Shown here: positions 9,565-19,391 of the stretch, piece after piece
Layout: each line of letters opens with the position of its first letter
How positions within the stretch are numbered: the first letter of the stretch is position 1
NCBI GenBank assembly: GCA_026392045.1
Contig: JAPLCU010000041.1
Location: forward strand, 84 to 64,083
DNA length: 64,000 bases
Reading direction: 5' to 3'
Source of the DNA: Armatimonadota bacterium
Lineage (GTDB): Bacteria; Armatimonadota; UBA5829
Translations under genes and position numbers: made by a program
Notes under the pieces: model-generated
What the model saw: the letters and a program-made list of their open reading frames with translations, nothing else
The model's database searches: none
Told to the model about the DNA's origin: nothing

Positions 9565-10835
9565 GCATTCCGAGAGTAGTTATTATCGGCGGCGGCGCAG
9601 CAGGTATGCTTGCGGCCGGCCGCGCTGCCGAGTGCGGCGTGAAAGCTGTGCTCTTGGAAAAGGGACCGATGCTCGGGCGAAAGCTGCGTATTGCCGGAAA
9701 GGGTAGGGGGAACATTACCAACACCGCTGATTTGCCGGAGTTCATCGAGGCGTTTTCTCCTAATGGCAAGTTCCTCTATGGCGTTTTCTCAAGGTTCTTT
9801 CGAGATGATCTTTTGGTGATGCTGCATGATTTGGGCGTGGAGACCAAAGAGGAGCGCGGCGGACGGGTGTTTCCTGTGTCTGACAAGGCATCGGATGTGG
9901 CGGACGCATTTGAGCGCTGGATGGAGGAGCGCGGGGTGAGTGTTAAGCTCAACGCAAGGGTGAAATCTCTGGATATCGCGGGCGCTGATGACGATCACCA
10001 GCGCCCACGCGTGGTTGGCGTTAACCTCTATGGCGGTCGGATGGACGCCGACGCCGTGATAATCGCCACAGGCGGCGTGTCTTACCCTAAGACCGGTTCG
10101 ACAGGCGATGGATACGCGATGGCTCGCGAGGCTGGGCATACGATTGCTGCTCCCAAGCCTGCCTTGTCCGCGCTTGTTACTCAAGAGGAATGGGTAAGGG
10201 GCTTGGCGGGCCTTTCGCTCAAAAATGTTGAAGTGACGCTGCTTATAGAGCCGCCCGGCGCAGATAAGCCTAAGAAAATAGTTTCTGAGTTCGGGGAGAT
10301 GCTTTTCACGCATAACGGAATCTCCGGGCCGATTATCCTCACGCTCAGCCGTAAAGCCGGAACGCTGCTGGGGCAAGGCAAGGTGATGGTCTCGATAGAT
10401 CTCAAGCCTGCGCTGACCAGCGAGCAGCTTCATGAGCGGCTAATTAGAGATTTCAAGCAGAACACATATTATAAGAATTATTTGCATGAGCTGCTGCCGC
10501 GCCTGCTATTGGAACCTTTTGCATCGCTCACGGGCATTGATCACGAGAAGCCGGTGAACTCAATCACGGCTGTCGAACGTGCGAGGGTTGTTGAGCTTCT
10601 CAAGGATTTCAGAGTAACGGTCGCGAAAATGGCTCCGATGGACGAGGCGATTGTCACCCGGGGCGGGGTAAGCATAAAAGAAATAGACCCGCGCACGATG
10701 ATGAGCAAGCTGGTCGATGGCCTTTTCTTTGCCGGTGAAGTGATAGATATCGACGCCGAAACCGGCGGCTATAACCTGCAAGCCGCGTTTTCCACTGGAT
10801 ATATCGCGGGGGAATCTGCGGCGGAGTTTTTGTAG
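9561..10835 (+). CDS. NAD(P)/FAD-dependent oxidoreductase, HI0933/BaiN-like flavoprotein
   Basis: N-terminal VVIIGGGAAGMLAAGRAAECG dinucleotide-binding motif. C-terminal GGYNLQAAFSTG typical of the family. Confidence 0.8.
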   Translation: MSIPRVVIIGGGAAGMLAAGRAAECGVKAVLLEKGPMLGRKLRIAGKGRGNITNTADLPEFIEAFSPNGKFLYGVFSRFFRDDLLVMLHDLGVETKEERGGRVFPVSDKASDVADAFERWMEERGVSVKLNARVKSLDIAGADDDHQRPRVVGVNLYGGRMDADAVIIATGGVSYPKTGSTGDGYAMAREAGHTIAAPKPALSALVTQEEWVRGLAGLSLKNVEVTLLIEPPGADKPKKIVSEFGEMLFTHNGISGPIILTLSRKAGTLLGQGKVMVSIDLKPALTSEQLHERLIRDFKQNTYYKNYLHELLPRLLLEPFASLTGIDHEKPVNSITAVERARVVELLKDFRVTVAKMAPMDEAIVTRGGVSIKEIDPRTMMSKLVDGLFFAGEVIDIDAETGGYNLQAAFSTGYIAGESAAEFL

Positions 10836-10881
10836 TATAATAGTATTGAAAAGTATCCAAACAAACCATTAGAGGTGAATT

Positions 10882-11436
10882 ATGAATACCGGAATAATTG
10901 TTGTGCTTGCGTTTGTTGCGCTGATTGTACTGTTTGTGATTGGCAAGTATAACCAGCTTGTGCAGTTGAGAAATCGTATTGAGAATGCATGGTCTCAGAT
11001 CGATGTGCAGCTTAAGCGCCGTTATGATCTGATTCCGAACCTGGTCGAGACCGTCAAAGGTTATGCTGCCCATGAAAAGGGTGTCTTTGAGCAGGTTACG
11101 CTGGCGCGGAGCGCGATGGGTAATGCGCAGGGCGTAAAAGAGCAGGGCGAGGCCCAGAATATGATCACCGGTGCGCTCAAGAGTCTGTTTGCGGTGGCTG
11201 AGGCTTATCCCGATCTCAAGGCCAACGAACAGTTTATGATGCTTCAGGAAGAACTTTCAGGCACCGAGAGCAAAATCGCCTATGCGCGGCAGTTTTATAA
11301 TGACACCGTGATGGCGTTCAACACTCTCATTCAGAGCTTCCCCACCAATATGATCGCGGGTAGCTTTGGGTTTGGTGAGAAAGAGTATTTCCCGATGGAT
11401 GAAGCTGAGCGCGGGCCTATTAAGGTGGATTTCTAA
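10882..11436 (+). CDS. lemA: LemA family protein
   Basis: N-terminal TM followed by [31 protein letters not shown], typical of LemA. Precedes htpX as is often seen. Confidence 0.85.
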   Translation: MNTGIIVVLAFVALIVLFVIGKYNQLVQLRNRIENAWSQIDVQLKRRYDLIPNLVETVKGYAAHEKGVFEQVTLARSAMGNAQGVKEQGEAQNMITGALKSLFAVAEAYPDLKANEQFMMLQEELSGTESKIAYARQFYNDTVMAFNTLIQSFPTNMIAGSFGFGEKEYFPMDEAERGPIKVDF

Positions 11437-11478
11437 TGATGTATGTCGCGCTATAGAGCTTAGAATCGGAATATCAAT

Positions 11479-12363
11479 ATGTATGAACAAATCTCGGGTA
11501 ATATCTGGCGTTCGCGTTTGCTGTTGGTGATGTTTCTGGCGATTTTGATCGGGATAGGTTACGTGTTTTCGCGAGCGTATAATGACCCGTTTATTATGCC
11601 GCTTGCTATTGTGATTGCGGTTGCAACCACCGTCGGCAGCTTCTATTACAGCGATAAGATCGTGATTGCCACTACCGGCGCCCGTGCGGTGGACAAGGAC
11701 GAGTTTCCGCATTATGTAAACTCGGTGGAAGGCATCGCCATCGCTGCAGGGCTGCCGTGCCCGCGGATTTTTGTTATAAATGACCTCGCGCCGAATGCAT
11801 TCGCAACCGGACGAGACCCTGAGCATGCCCTGATATGCGTGACTACGGGCTTGCTGGGCATGATGGACCGCACCGAGCTTGAAGGCGTGATCGGGCATGA
11901 GATGTCGCATATCGAGAATTACGATATTCGATTTATGATGCTGGTGGCGGTATTGGCGGGCTCGATTGCGCTTATGTCGGATTTCTTCTGGCGTATGAGA
12001 TGGTTCAGAAGCAGCAGCCGCGACAGCAACGGAGGCGGGCAGGCGCAGGCGATATTTATGATTATTGGGCTGGTTCTGGCAATACTCGCGCCGCTTTCGG
12101 CTGCATTGGTGCAAGCGTGGATATCTCGGCAGCGAGAATACTTAGCCGATGCCAACGGCGCTCTGTTGACGCGCTTCCCGGAAGGCCTCGCGAACGCTCT
12201 CGAACAGATCGCCGAAGATCCCAACAAGCTTCAATCCGCAAACAAAGCAACTGCGCATCTGTTCATCGCAAACCCTTTGAAAGACCACGGCGGCGCTATG
12301 AACAGCCTCTTCGACACTCACCCGCCAATTGTTGAGAGGGTAAGAAGATTGCGGGAGATGTGA
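11479..12363 (+). CDS. htpX: zinc metalloprotease HtpX (M48 family)
   Basis: HEMSH zinc motif (GHEMSHIENYD). TM segments. C-terminal FDTHPPIVERVRRLREM. Confidence 0.85.
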   Translation: MYEQISGNIWRSRLLLVMFLAILIGIGYVFSRAYNDPFIMPLAIVIAVATTVGSFYYSDKIVIATTGARAVDKDEFPHYVNSVEGIAIAAGLPCPRIFVINDLAPNAFATGRDPEHALICVTTGLLGMMDRTELEGVIGHEMSHIENYDIRFMMLVAVLAGSIALMSDFFWRMRWFRSSSRDSNGGGQAQAIFMIIGLVLAILAPLSAALVQAWISRQREYLADANGALLTRFPEGLANALEQIAEDPNKLQSANKATAHLFIANPLKDHGGAMNSLFDTHPPIVERVRRLREM

Positions 12364-12448
12364 TATAGCAAAAATTATATGTGGGAACGACTGCGACCAC
12401 TGCGCTTCCAGTTCTACGCATTCAAGATTTCTCGCAGCATCAAGAATC

Positions 12449-12961
12449 CTACTTCGCCGTGTCGTTGGCGACAGTATCCTCAAGTTCAATATAGACCTTG
12501 GACACTTCCGGGCAGACTTCTTCGGCTTTGTCAAAAAATCTGACTTCGATTTTGGGCTTACCTGAATCTTTAACGATCTTCGCGATCCAGTTCTTACCTG
12601 TCACGAGCGATAGCAGGTTCATTGCTTTACGCACAGATACTTCATCCGTAGGAACATCCAGTTTGCCGTAACGCAATATAACGTTACCTGTAAAATGACA
12701 CCCGCTGGCTTGCACCACTATGGGTAAGTCAGGCATTTGTTTCTTGACTCGATCAAAACCTACTATTTGACTAATTGCATCATCCGGTGATGAAGCAGAA
12801 ACACTTAGTCCTGTTAAGTCAGTCGTAAATGGATAAGGGAAAGATGGCTTGTTAGGTACGTAGCGAAGGAACTTGCCATTCTTATCCCGCAATTCGCTTG
12901 CTCCAGGTGTCTGGTACAGTCTTGGCACATAATTAAAGTACCCGGTCGATGCTCTCGTCAT
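12449..12961 (-). CDS. hypothetical protein (170 aa) inside the inserted segment; possibly a continuation of 12933..13241 via a frameshift
   Basis: ORF only. Overlaps the upstream ORF by 29 nt. Confidence 0.35.
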   Translation of the reverse strand: MTRASTGYFNYVPRLYQTPGASELRDKNGKFLRYVPNKPSFPYPFTTDLTGLSVSASSPDDAISQIVGFDRVKKQMPDLPIVVQASGCHFTGNVILRYGKLDVPTDEVSVRKAMNLLSLVTGKNWIAKIVKDSGKPKIEVRFFDKAEEVCPEVSKVYIELEDTVANDTAK

Positions 12962-13241
12962 AAGAGTGTATCGTTATCTTTGTTTCAGCTGTGCCAGCCG
13001 TTAATTCCACACCTACCGGCATACCGATTTTTTCTGCGACGGCCAGAAAAACCGCACTTGCTGGCACGTTTACAGCATAAATACTTTTAATACGTACCTT
13101 CCAGCAAGCAAATATCTTATGGCTATTTTTCTGCCCCAATTCCCCCAAACAAACCGTAGGATTGGACGACGAAAGAGACGGCGCCGCAAGTAACATTGAG
13201 CCTGCCACCATCAGCGCTAAACTCTGCAATTTATGTTTCAT
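12933..13241 (-). CDS. small secreted protein (102 aa) with a signal peptide; the ORF-track N-terminal extension to 13646 is a translation of REP repeats
   Basis: ATG at 13241 is preceded by GGGAGGAAGAAT. MKHKLQSLALMVAGSMLLAA signal peptide. Confidence 0.45.
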   Translation of the reverse strand: MKHKLQSLALMVAGSMLLAAPSLSSSNPTVCLGELGQKNSHKIFACWKVRIKSIYAVNVPASAVFLAVAEKIGMPVGVELTAGTAETKITIHSYDESIDRVL

Positions 13242-13272
13242 ATTCTTCCTCCCACAAAAAAGGTTATAGTTT

Positions 13273-13573
13273 GTATGCTGCGGGCACGGCTGCCTGCACT
13301 TTGTTGGCAGATTTGCGCGTTCAAGAGTTCCCGCAGCTATTACACAATCAGCCGGTGATAGCTGCGGGAATTGACGTTTGATGAATCTTGCTGCGTTGTC
13401 GCTCATCGCCATTCCCGCAGCATCAAAATCGGCAAACGCCGGAATTGACGAATCCTGAGCGCTTACAGTAAAGTTAGACGTGCCCGCCGTCGTTGGTGTT
13501 CCCGATATTGTATGCTGCGGGCACGGCTGCCTGCACTTTGTTGGCAGATTTGCGCGTTCAAGAGTTCCCGCAG
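13273..13573. repeat. REP-like array, family 1: two identical 64-bp units (13273-13336 and 13510-13573) plus chained GCTGCGGGAA/TTCCCGCAGC hairpins between them
   Basis: Exact 64-bp direct repeat. Inverted-arm pairs at 13329-13376 and 13367-13420. A degenerate arm is also at 12418-12449. Confidence 0.7.
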
Positions 13574-13686
13574 CATCAATTGTTGAGAGGGTAAGAAGAC
13601 TGCGGGAGATGTAGCCGATTTTGTGCTGGTATTGGATTTCCACCACAGCTGCGCCCTGGAACGGATTTCCAGGACGATCTTACATT

Positions 13687-14565
13687 CTAATACCCGTAAG
13701 CATTTGGCAGGTTCTTACCCCATGAGATGATCTCGCTGCTGCGCTCGAGGCCTTGCTTCACGTGCTCAATTATGTAGCTCATGCTGCCGGGGCTGATTTC
13801 TACCACCTTGGCGATATCGCGCAGGCTGATGTTTGCTGTGAGGTCCGGAATGCATGGCGCTGATATGCGTTTGGCGAGCATATCGGCAGCGAATACAGTC
13901 CGTGCGAGGTCTGAGTATTGCGTCGCGCATTCCGGTGTGTGATGGCAGGCGATTGCCTGGACCAGCTTTTCGGGGAAGCCCCATTGCTCCGTTACATATT
14001 GGCCAACTTCAGCGTGGTTCGAGGATAGGAAGTTGTTTTCCACTGTGATCATGTCTTCTTTGCATTTACGGCAACCCTCCACAACCGCCATGAATCTCAG
14101 CGGCAGCATGCAGGCTATCACAAGCTTGCCGATGTCGTGCAAAAGCCCGGCTATGAATACGGTCTCGTCTTTCCTGCGGTCAAAGCCGGACATATAGGAG
14201 TAAATCTCCTCTGAAGCAATAGCGCAGGTGACCGAATGCAGCCACATTGCCTGCCAATCGAAGCCGGGGAATACTCGGCGCGGAAACATTGCCTCCAATA
14301 CCGACGCCGAAGCGGCGAGATTGCGGACGTATCCGAAACCAAGAACCAAGATGGCGCTTGAGATCGTATCCACTTCCTGCATTCTATGGAAATAGGCGGA
14401 GTTTGCCAGCCGTAGCAGCCTGGATGTCAATGACTGGTCAATCATCACGGCGTTGGCCAGGTCCTGCGCGCTCGTGTCGGGATTGCGAGTGATCTGGATG
14501 ATTCGAGACAATATAAACGGCATGCTGGGCAGCTCGATGTTGACTGACGACGGACTTAACATCAT
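13687..14565 (-). CDS. HDOD-domain signalling protein
   Basis: LTSRLLRLANSAYF ... GLLHDIGKLV motifs characteristic of HDOD. Start set at MMLSPSS. Confidence 0.7.
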   Translation of the reverse strand: MMLSPSSVNIELPSMPFILSRIIQITRNPDTSAQDLANAVMIDQSLTSRLLRLANSAYFHRMQEVDTISSAILVLGFGYVRNLAASASVLEAMFPRRVFPGFDWQAMWLHSVTCAIASEEIYSYMSGFDRRKDETVFIAGLLHDIGKLVIACMLPLRFMAVVEGCRKCKEDMITVENNFLSSNHAEVGQYVTEQWGFPEKLVQAIACHHTPECATQYSDLARTVFAADMLAKRISAPCIPDLTANISLRDIAKVVEISPGSMSYIIEHVKQGLERSSEIISWGKNLPNAYGY

Positions 14566-14728
14566 AACCTCTTTTGGCGAGTTTGTACATGAGGTTCTTC
14601 CATATATCGGTGATATACAATGGCAACAGGAATACGGGGATGTTGTGTCAGGCGGCAAATAATCTAAAATACACAGCCGGAATTATGCCGGTCGACTGCA
14701 AAAAGTTTATCCGGGATTCAGTAGGCTG

Positions 14729-16432
14729 ATGTTTGGGCAATATTGCCTGCATAACTATCGCGCACTTGCGAATGCAGGCAGATTGGCTTACCATGTGGGT
14801 ATGGCAGTTGATTTATATGAGAAAGCAAAAGCCAGGCTTGCAAAAGAATCCGGCAGATTGAGCATCAATGGGGCGGCTGCGGTGCGCTTCGCGTTGGCAT
14901 TTCCCAACGTATACAGCGTGGGGATGGCATCGCTCGGTTACCAGCTTGTGTATCAGATGTTGAATTCATTGCCCAACGCTTCCTGCGAACGGGTGTTTTT
15001 GCCGGATGATGGCGACCTCGAAGAGCACGAGCGCACGCAAACGGAAGTATTCACTCTGGAAAGCCTCAGACCGCTTTCTGAGTTTCATGTGCTGGGCTTT
15101 TCGATATCGTTTGAGCTTGATTATATTAACGTCCTCAAAATAATCAAGCTTGGCAACTTGCCGGTTTTGAGCTCCGAGCGAGGCGATTACGACCCGATTG
15201 TGATTGCAGGGGGGCCATGCGCTTCGTTTAACCCCGAGCCTCTTAGCGATTTCATAGATGTGTTTGTAATCGGCGACGCTGAAGAGGCGCTGCCTGAGAT
15301 GGTGAATGCCATCGAGCGCACACTCGGTAAACCACGCCTGCAAAGGCTTGAGGCGCTGGCGGGAGTGGCGGGGGTATATATTCCCATATTAAACAATAAA
15401 GCAAGCCGCGCAATCGCACGCGATCTAGACATTTACCCCGCAGCATCTCTAATTCACGCTGACGACGCTCAGTTTGGCGACATTAGTCTGGTTGAAATCT
15501 CTCGTGGGTGCGGCAGAAAGTGTCGGTTTTGTTTGGCCGGGCACATCACACGTCCGCCAAGACCTCGATTGCTATCTGAAGCGCAAATTAGAGGAAAATC
15601 GCGGATGGGTCTTGTAGGCGCTGCTGTTTTCGATCACCCAGACTCCATAAATATATGCCGTTCGATAGTGAATTCTGGCGGGGAGTTTACTGTGTCATCA
15701 TTACGGCTGGAAACAGTCACTCCCGAACTTGCGGGTCTGATGGCGTCTGGAGGGCAGAGAACTCTTACTATTGCGCCTGAGGCTGCCACGGATCGCCTGC
15801 GCAAGGCGATAAACAAGTATTCGACTGATGAGCAGATATTTACAGCTATATCCATCGCGTATGAGTCAGGGTTCAGGCGGGTAAAGTTATACTTTATGAT
15901 TGGTTTGCCGACTGAGACCAACGACGACATCGCAGCGATTATCGATCTTACGAAGCGGGTGTCGCGTGAGTATCCATCCATGCAGTTTCAAGTTTCCGCC
16001 AGCAGTTTCGTGCCGAAACCGTGGACGCCTTTCCAGTGGCATGTGATGGAACGTGAAAACGTGCTTAAAAAGCGTTATGCGATGCTTCGCTCGGGGATAT
16101 CCTCCATCAAGAACGCTCAATTTGGAGGAGAAAGCCCGAGGCTTGCGTCGGTTCAGGGTTACCTTGCGAGGGGCGACCGCAGCTTGGGACGAGTTCTATT
16201 GACGGCATTGGAGAACGGTGGAGATTACGGCGCCGCGCTTCGCGAGACCGGTGTTGACGCCTCGCAATATCTATATCGCGAGCGATCAGTCGAGGAGATT
16301 TTGCCCTGGGACCACCTTGATATGGCTGTGGATAAGAATTACCTCTGGCGCGAGTATGAAAAATCATTGGAAGGAAAGTTATCTGAGCCTTGTAATGTCG
16401 GCGGGTGTCAGGCGTGCGGAGCGTGTAAATAA
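14729..16432 (+). CDS. B12-binding-domain radical SAM protein
   Basis: CxxxCxxC (GCGRKCRFC) radical SAM motif after an N-terminal B12-binding-like region. C-terminal Cys cluster CNVGGCQACGAC. Confidence 0.75.
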   Translation: MFGQYCLHNYRALANAGRLAYHVGMAVDLYEKAKARLAKESGRLSINGAAAVRFALAFPNVYSVGMASLGYQLVYQMLNSLPNASCERVFLPDDGDLEEHERTQTEVFTLESLRPLSEFHVLGFSISFELDYINVLKIIKLGNLPVLSSERGDYDPIVIAGGPCASFNPEPLSDFIDVFVIGDAEEALPEMVNAIERTLGKPRLQRLEALAGVAGVYIPILNNKASRAIARDLDIYPAASLIHADDAQFGDISLVEISRGCGRKCRFCLAGHITRPPRPRLLSEAQIRGKSRMGLVGAAVFDHPDSINICRSIVNSGGEFTVSSLRLETVTPELAGLMASGGQRTLTIAPEAATDRLRKAINKYSTDEQIFTAISIAYESGFRRVKLYFMIGLPTETNDDIAAIIDLTKRVSREYPSMQFQVSASSFVPKPWTPFQWHVMERENVLKKRYAMLRSGISSIKNAQFGGESPRLASVQGYLARGDRSLGRVLLTALENGGDYGAALRETGVDASQYLYRERSVEEILPWDHLDMAVDKNYLWREYEKSLEGKLSEPCNVGGCQACGACK

Positions 16433-16543
16433 AAAAAATTCTATATTATCCTAGTATTTAGAAGGAAACTTGCTAATCTATGGGTAATTAGTATATGATT
16501 AGTCGTTAATCTTTGATTGACGACCAGAAACTGATGCTTTAAC

Positions 16544-17218
16544 ATGTCAATTATTGCGGACAATTTGAGCGCCGTAAGGCAGCGCATAGACGCTGTTGCG
16601 AGGAAGTCCGGGCGAACCGGTGAGGATATTAACCTTATTGTGGTCACAAAGACCCGCAGCGTGGCGGAAATAAGAGAAGCCATTGCTTGCGGGGTGACCG
16701 ATACCGGTGAGAATTATGTCCAGGAGGCCGAGCTGAAGTTCGGGGAAATCGGCGATATTGTAAGATGGCATATGATAGGGCATCTGCAGCGCAATAAGGT
16801 GCGGCACGTTGTTGAGTTTATTAGTATGATTCACAGCGTGGATGACGAAGCTCTTGCAAGAGAAATATCGCGCAGGGCCGAAGCCATCGGGAAATGCATC
16901 GATGTGCTGATTGAAGTGAAGGTATCAGGCGAGCCGACAAAGTTCGGTATTGGGGCTGATGAAGCTCTGAGAATCGCCGAGGGGATATCGCAGTTGTCAG
17001 GAATACGGGTTTCGGGTTTGATGGGAATGGCGCCTTTTTTGGCCGATCCGCGCGAAACCAGACCTTATTTTTTACAACTCAAAGAACTATGGGACAAGCT
17101 GCCGGATGAGCAGCGGCTTTACCTCTCCATGGGGATGACCCAGGACTTCGAGATTGCTATCGAAGAGGGGTCGAATATGGTGCGAATCGGCACGGCCATA
17201 TTCGGTCAGAGAGCATAA
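16544..17218 (+). CDS. yggS: YggS-family pyridoxal phosphate homeostasis protein
   Basis: Typical length. Motifs LIVVTKTRS and HMIGHLQRNK. Confidence 0.85.
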   Translation: MSIIADNLSAVRQRIDAVARKSGRTGEDINLIVVTKTRSVAEIREAIACGVTDTGENYVQEAELKFGEIGDIVRWHMIGHLQRNKVRHVVEFISMIHSVDDEALAREISRRAEAIGKCIDVLIEVKVSGEPTKFGIGADEALRIAEGISQLSGIRVSGLMGMAPFLADPRETRPYFLQLKELWDKLPDEQRLYLSMGMTQDFEIAIEEGSNMVRIGTAIFGQRA

Positions 17219-17366
17219 AGCAGCCCTGACGCACATTATCAAATATAATAAAGACCAAAGGCGCAGGCAAGATGCCCGGCGCCGGGTGCGCTCAGTTACG
17301 GATCGGAAGTGACGCCCAACACCCAACCATGACTGGCACCATTAACTTATGGGAGGGTTTACTAAC

Positions 17367-17819
17367 ATGAGAGCAGCACCGCAAGAAGAATATGATGATC
17401 TGCAGAGGACTGTGTGGGAGAAATTCAAAGATAAAATCGGCTTGGGCGATTATGAAGAAGATGAAGTAGATTTCATCGATGAGCCCAGCGGAAGAAGAAG
17501 AACCACTACAGTTCGAGTGCATTCATCCAGACCGACTTTTGTCTCGGTATGGCTGACGATTCAGTCGTTCGAGAACGCCCAGCAGGCGGCTGACGGCCTT
17601 AAATCAGGTCATCAGCAGATTGTTAACCTGGAAAAGGCAACACCTGAGGTATGCGTGAAGGTAATCGACTTCCTCAGCGGAGTCATTTACGCCCTGGATG
17701 GATATATCGAGAAGGTTGGGGACAAGGTTTACTTGTTCACTCCAGCTAATTATGTGATCGAAGTGGAAAATGGCGGGAATGGAAACCGTAAGGTCAACGC
17801 CGGGTTCCACGACAACTAG
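17367..17819 (+). CDS. sepF: cell division protein SepF
   Basis: C-terminal SepF domain. GGGAGGG SD 9 nt before the ATG at 17367 (the ORF-track start 17349 lacks an SD). Confidence 0.8.
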   Translation: MRAAPQEEYDDLQRTVWEKFKDKIGLGDYEEDEVDFIDEPSGRRRTTTVRVHSSRPTFVSVWLTIQSFENAQQAADGLKSGHQQIVNLEKATPEVCVKVIDFLSGVIYALDGYIEKVGDKVYLFTPANYVIEVENGGNGNRKVNAGFHDN

Positions 17820-17944
17820 TTTAACCGGGGCCCAGCGCTTTTGTGCTGGGTCTTTGTGTTCATGCCTGTTGCCGCAGGGGCTTTTTGCCGAAGTTTACAT
17901 AGTAAACTTGCACAACATAGGCAGAAATAATCGACTGAGGATAT

Positions 17945-18763
17945 ATGATGACAACCAAAAATATGGGCAAACTTGCAGTAATCGGCGCGGGAGCTATCGG
18001 CACGGCGCTTGCCAGGGGGTGGATATCGGCTGGGCTATTTGAGCCGGGCGATGTCACGATGGCAGATATCGATAAGAAACTGCTTGAAACGCGTTCAGCG
18101 CAGATGGGCGTTAAAGTGACGACAGACAATGGCGAGGCCGTAAGAGCGGCTGATGTTATTTTGCTTGCGGTGAAGCCCAACATCACGGCGCTGGCGTTAT
18201 CGCAGATTTGCGGAGCCTTGAAGGGTGGGCAGTTGGTTGTCTCTATCGCGGCGGGGGTGAAACTGCATGTGATTGAGTCCCGCCTACCTGAGGGGACGGC
18301 CGTTATCAGAGCTATGCCTAACACGCCGTGTATGGTGGGCGCCGGAGCTACTGCTTTTTGCAGAGGCAAGCACGTCACTGATGCACACGTTGTCATAGGC
18401 AAAAAGCTCTTTGATGCGGTCGGGATTGCGTTGGAAGTCCAGGAGAAGATGCTGGACGCTGTGACTGGTTTGAGCGGCAGCGGGCCTGCTTATGTATATA
18501 TAATGATCGAGGCGCTTTCGGATGCTGGCGTGCGAGTCGGCCTTGCGAGGGATGTTGCAATGCAGCTTTCGGCGCAGACGGTTATGGGCGCGGCGCGGAT
18601 GGTGTTGGAATCTAATGAACATCCGGGCCAGCTAAAGGACCGCGTAACCAGCCCTGGAGGCACGGCTATTGCAGGCATAGATGCCTTGGAAAAAGCCGGT
18701 TTCAGGTCTGCGATCATCCAGGCTGTCAAAGCTGCGACGAAGCGCGCAGAAGAATTAGGATAG
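17945..18763 (+). CDS. proC: pyrroline-5-carboxylate reductase
   Basis: N-terminal AVIGAGAIGTALARG Rossmann motif. C-terminal SPGGTAIAGI, typical of ProC. Confidence 0.85.
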   Translation: MMTTKNMGKLAVIGAGAIGTALARGWISAGLFEPGDVTMADIDKKLLETRSAQMGVKVTTDNGEAVRAADVILLAVKPNITALALSQICGALKGGQLVVSIAAGVKLHVIESRLPEGTAVIRAMPNTPCMVGAGATAFCRGKHVTDAHVVIGKKLFDAVGIALEVQEKMLDAVTGLSGSGPAYVYIMIEALSDAGVRVGLARDVAMQLSAQTVMGAARMVLESNEHPGQLKDRVTSPGGTAIAGIDALEKAGFRSAIIQAVKAATKRAEELG

Positions 18764-18780
18764 TGATATCTCACTCTTGG

Positions 18781-18870
18781 TGCGAATTACATGTCACCCT
18801 GAACTTGTTTCAGGGTCTGCACTTCGATAAATAGATGCTGAATCAAGTTCAGCATGACAGTTTACGCACT
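18781..18870. repeat. family-2 structured palindromic element, copy A: terminal IR AATTACATGTCA/TGACA.. enclosing two hairpins (CCCTGAA-cttgtt-TCAGGG and ATGCTGAA-tcaag-TTCAGCAT)
   Basis: Homologous copy at 33690-33775, with compensatory base changes in both hairpins. Confidence 0.6.
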
Positions 18871-18916
18871 ATTTGGGAGCGCTTACATATAATGTTGATC
18901 TATAAAGGAAACTAAC

Positions 18917-19390
18917 ATGGCATTAACACCTATTGATATACTCCATACTGAGTTCAAAAGTTCATTCAAAGGCTACAACAAAAGCCAGGTTGATGATTTT
19001 GTGAGTGCCGCGAGCGATGCTCTCGAGAGCGTCTTGCGGGAGAAATGCGAATTGATGCACAAAGTAGACCAGTTACAGGCAGAGGTTGACAGAGTGCGCA
19101 AAATCGAATCGGCTATGTCTGATGCCCTCACGCTTGCTCAGAAGAGCGCGGATGAGGTCAGAGCGAGTGCCCACAAGCAGGCCGAACTGACCCTTAAAGA
19201 AGCAGAAAATGCGCGCGTGCAAATGACCATAGATAACCAGAGAGAGATCGAACGTCAAAGGGCCGATATCGCACTTCTGCAGGAGACTAAGGGGCGTTTT
19301 GAGTCCGAGTTCAGGCTTACGCTGCAAATGTATAAGGATTGGCTGGAAAAGAGCATGCCGGAAAATCTGATTCGGAGCGAGGTCGCCTGA
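18917..19390 (+). CDS. divIVA: DivIVA-domain protein
   Basis: N-terminal MALTPIDILHTEFKSSFKGYNKSQVDDFV is the canonical DivIVA N-terminus. Coiled coil. Confidence 0.8.
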   Translation: MALTPIDILHTEFKSSFKGYNKSQVDDFVSAASDALESVLREKCELMHKVDQLQAEVDRVRKIESAMSDALTLAQKSADEVRASAHKQAELTLKEAENARVQMTIDNQREIERQRADIALLQETKGRFESEFRLTLQMYKDWLEKSMPENLIRSEVA

Positions 19391-19391
19391 T

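Larger units (their letters stand above)
12364..13613. other. ~1.25-kb inserted segment bounded by two copies of the htpX 3' end (12326-12363 and 13576-13613); it carries two small secreted-protein ORFs and a REP-like array
   Basis: Both copies are 38 bp with two differences, both coding-neutral (TTG->CTG Leu; TGA->TAG). The second copy is fused directly to a REP arm (..ttcccgcagcatcaa|ttgttgagagg..). Confidence 0.5.

Noticed and set aside
13255-13620. Possibility that the repeat array is a CRISPR locus
   Set aside because: Repeats are palindromic arm pairs with irregular spacing and variable orientation, not evenly spaced direct repeats with unique spacers. No cas genes are nearby.
13196-13646. 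ORFs 13196..13381 (+) and the N-terminal 135 codons of 12933..13646 (-), which encode the repeated peptide ...AAGTLERANLPTKCRQPCPQHT...
   Set aside because: They are translations of the family-1 REP array: the identical peptide arises from the identical 64-bp DNA repeats. The real gene starts at the ATG at 13241, which has a GGGAGG RBS.
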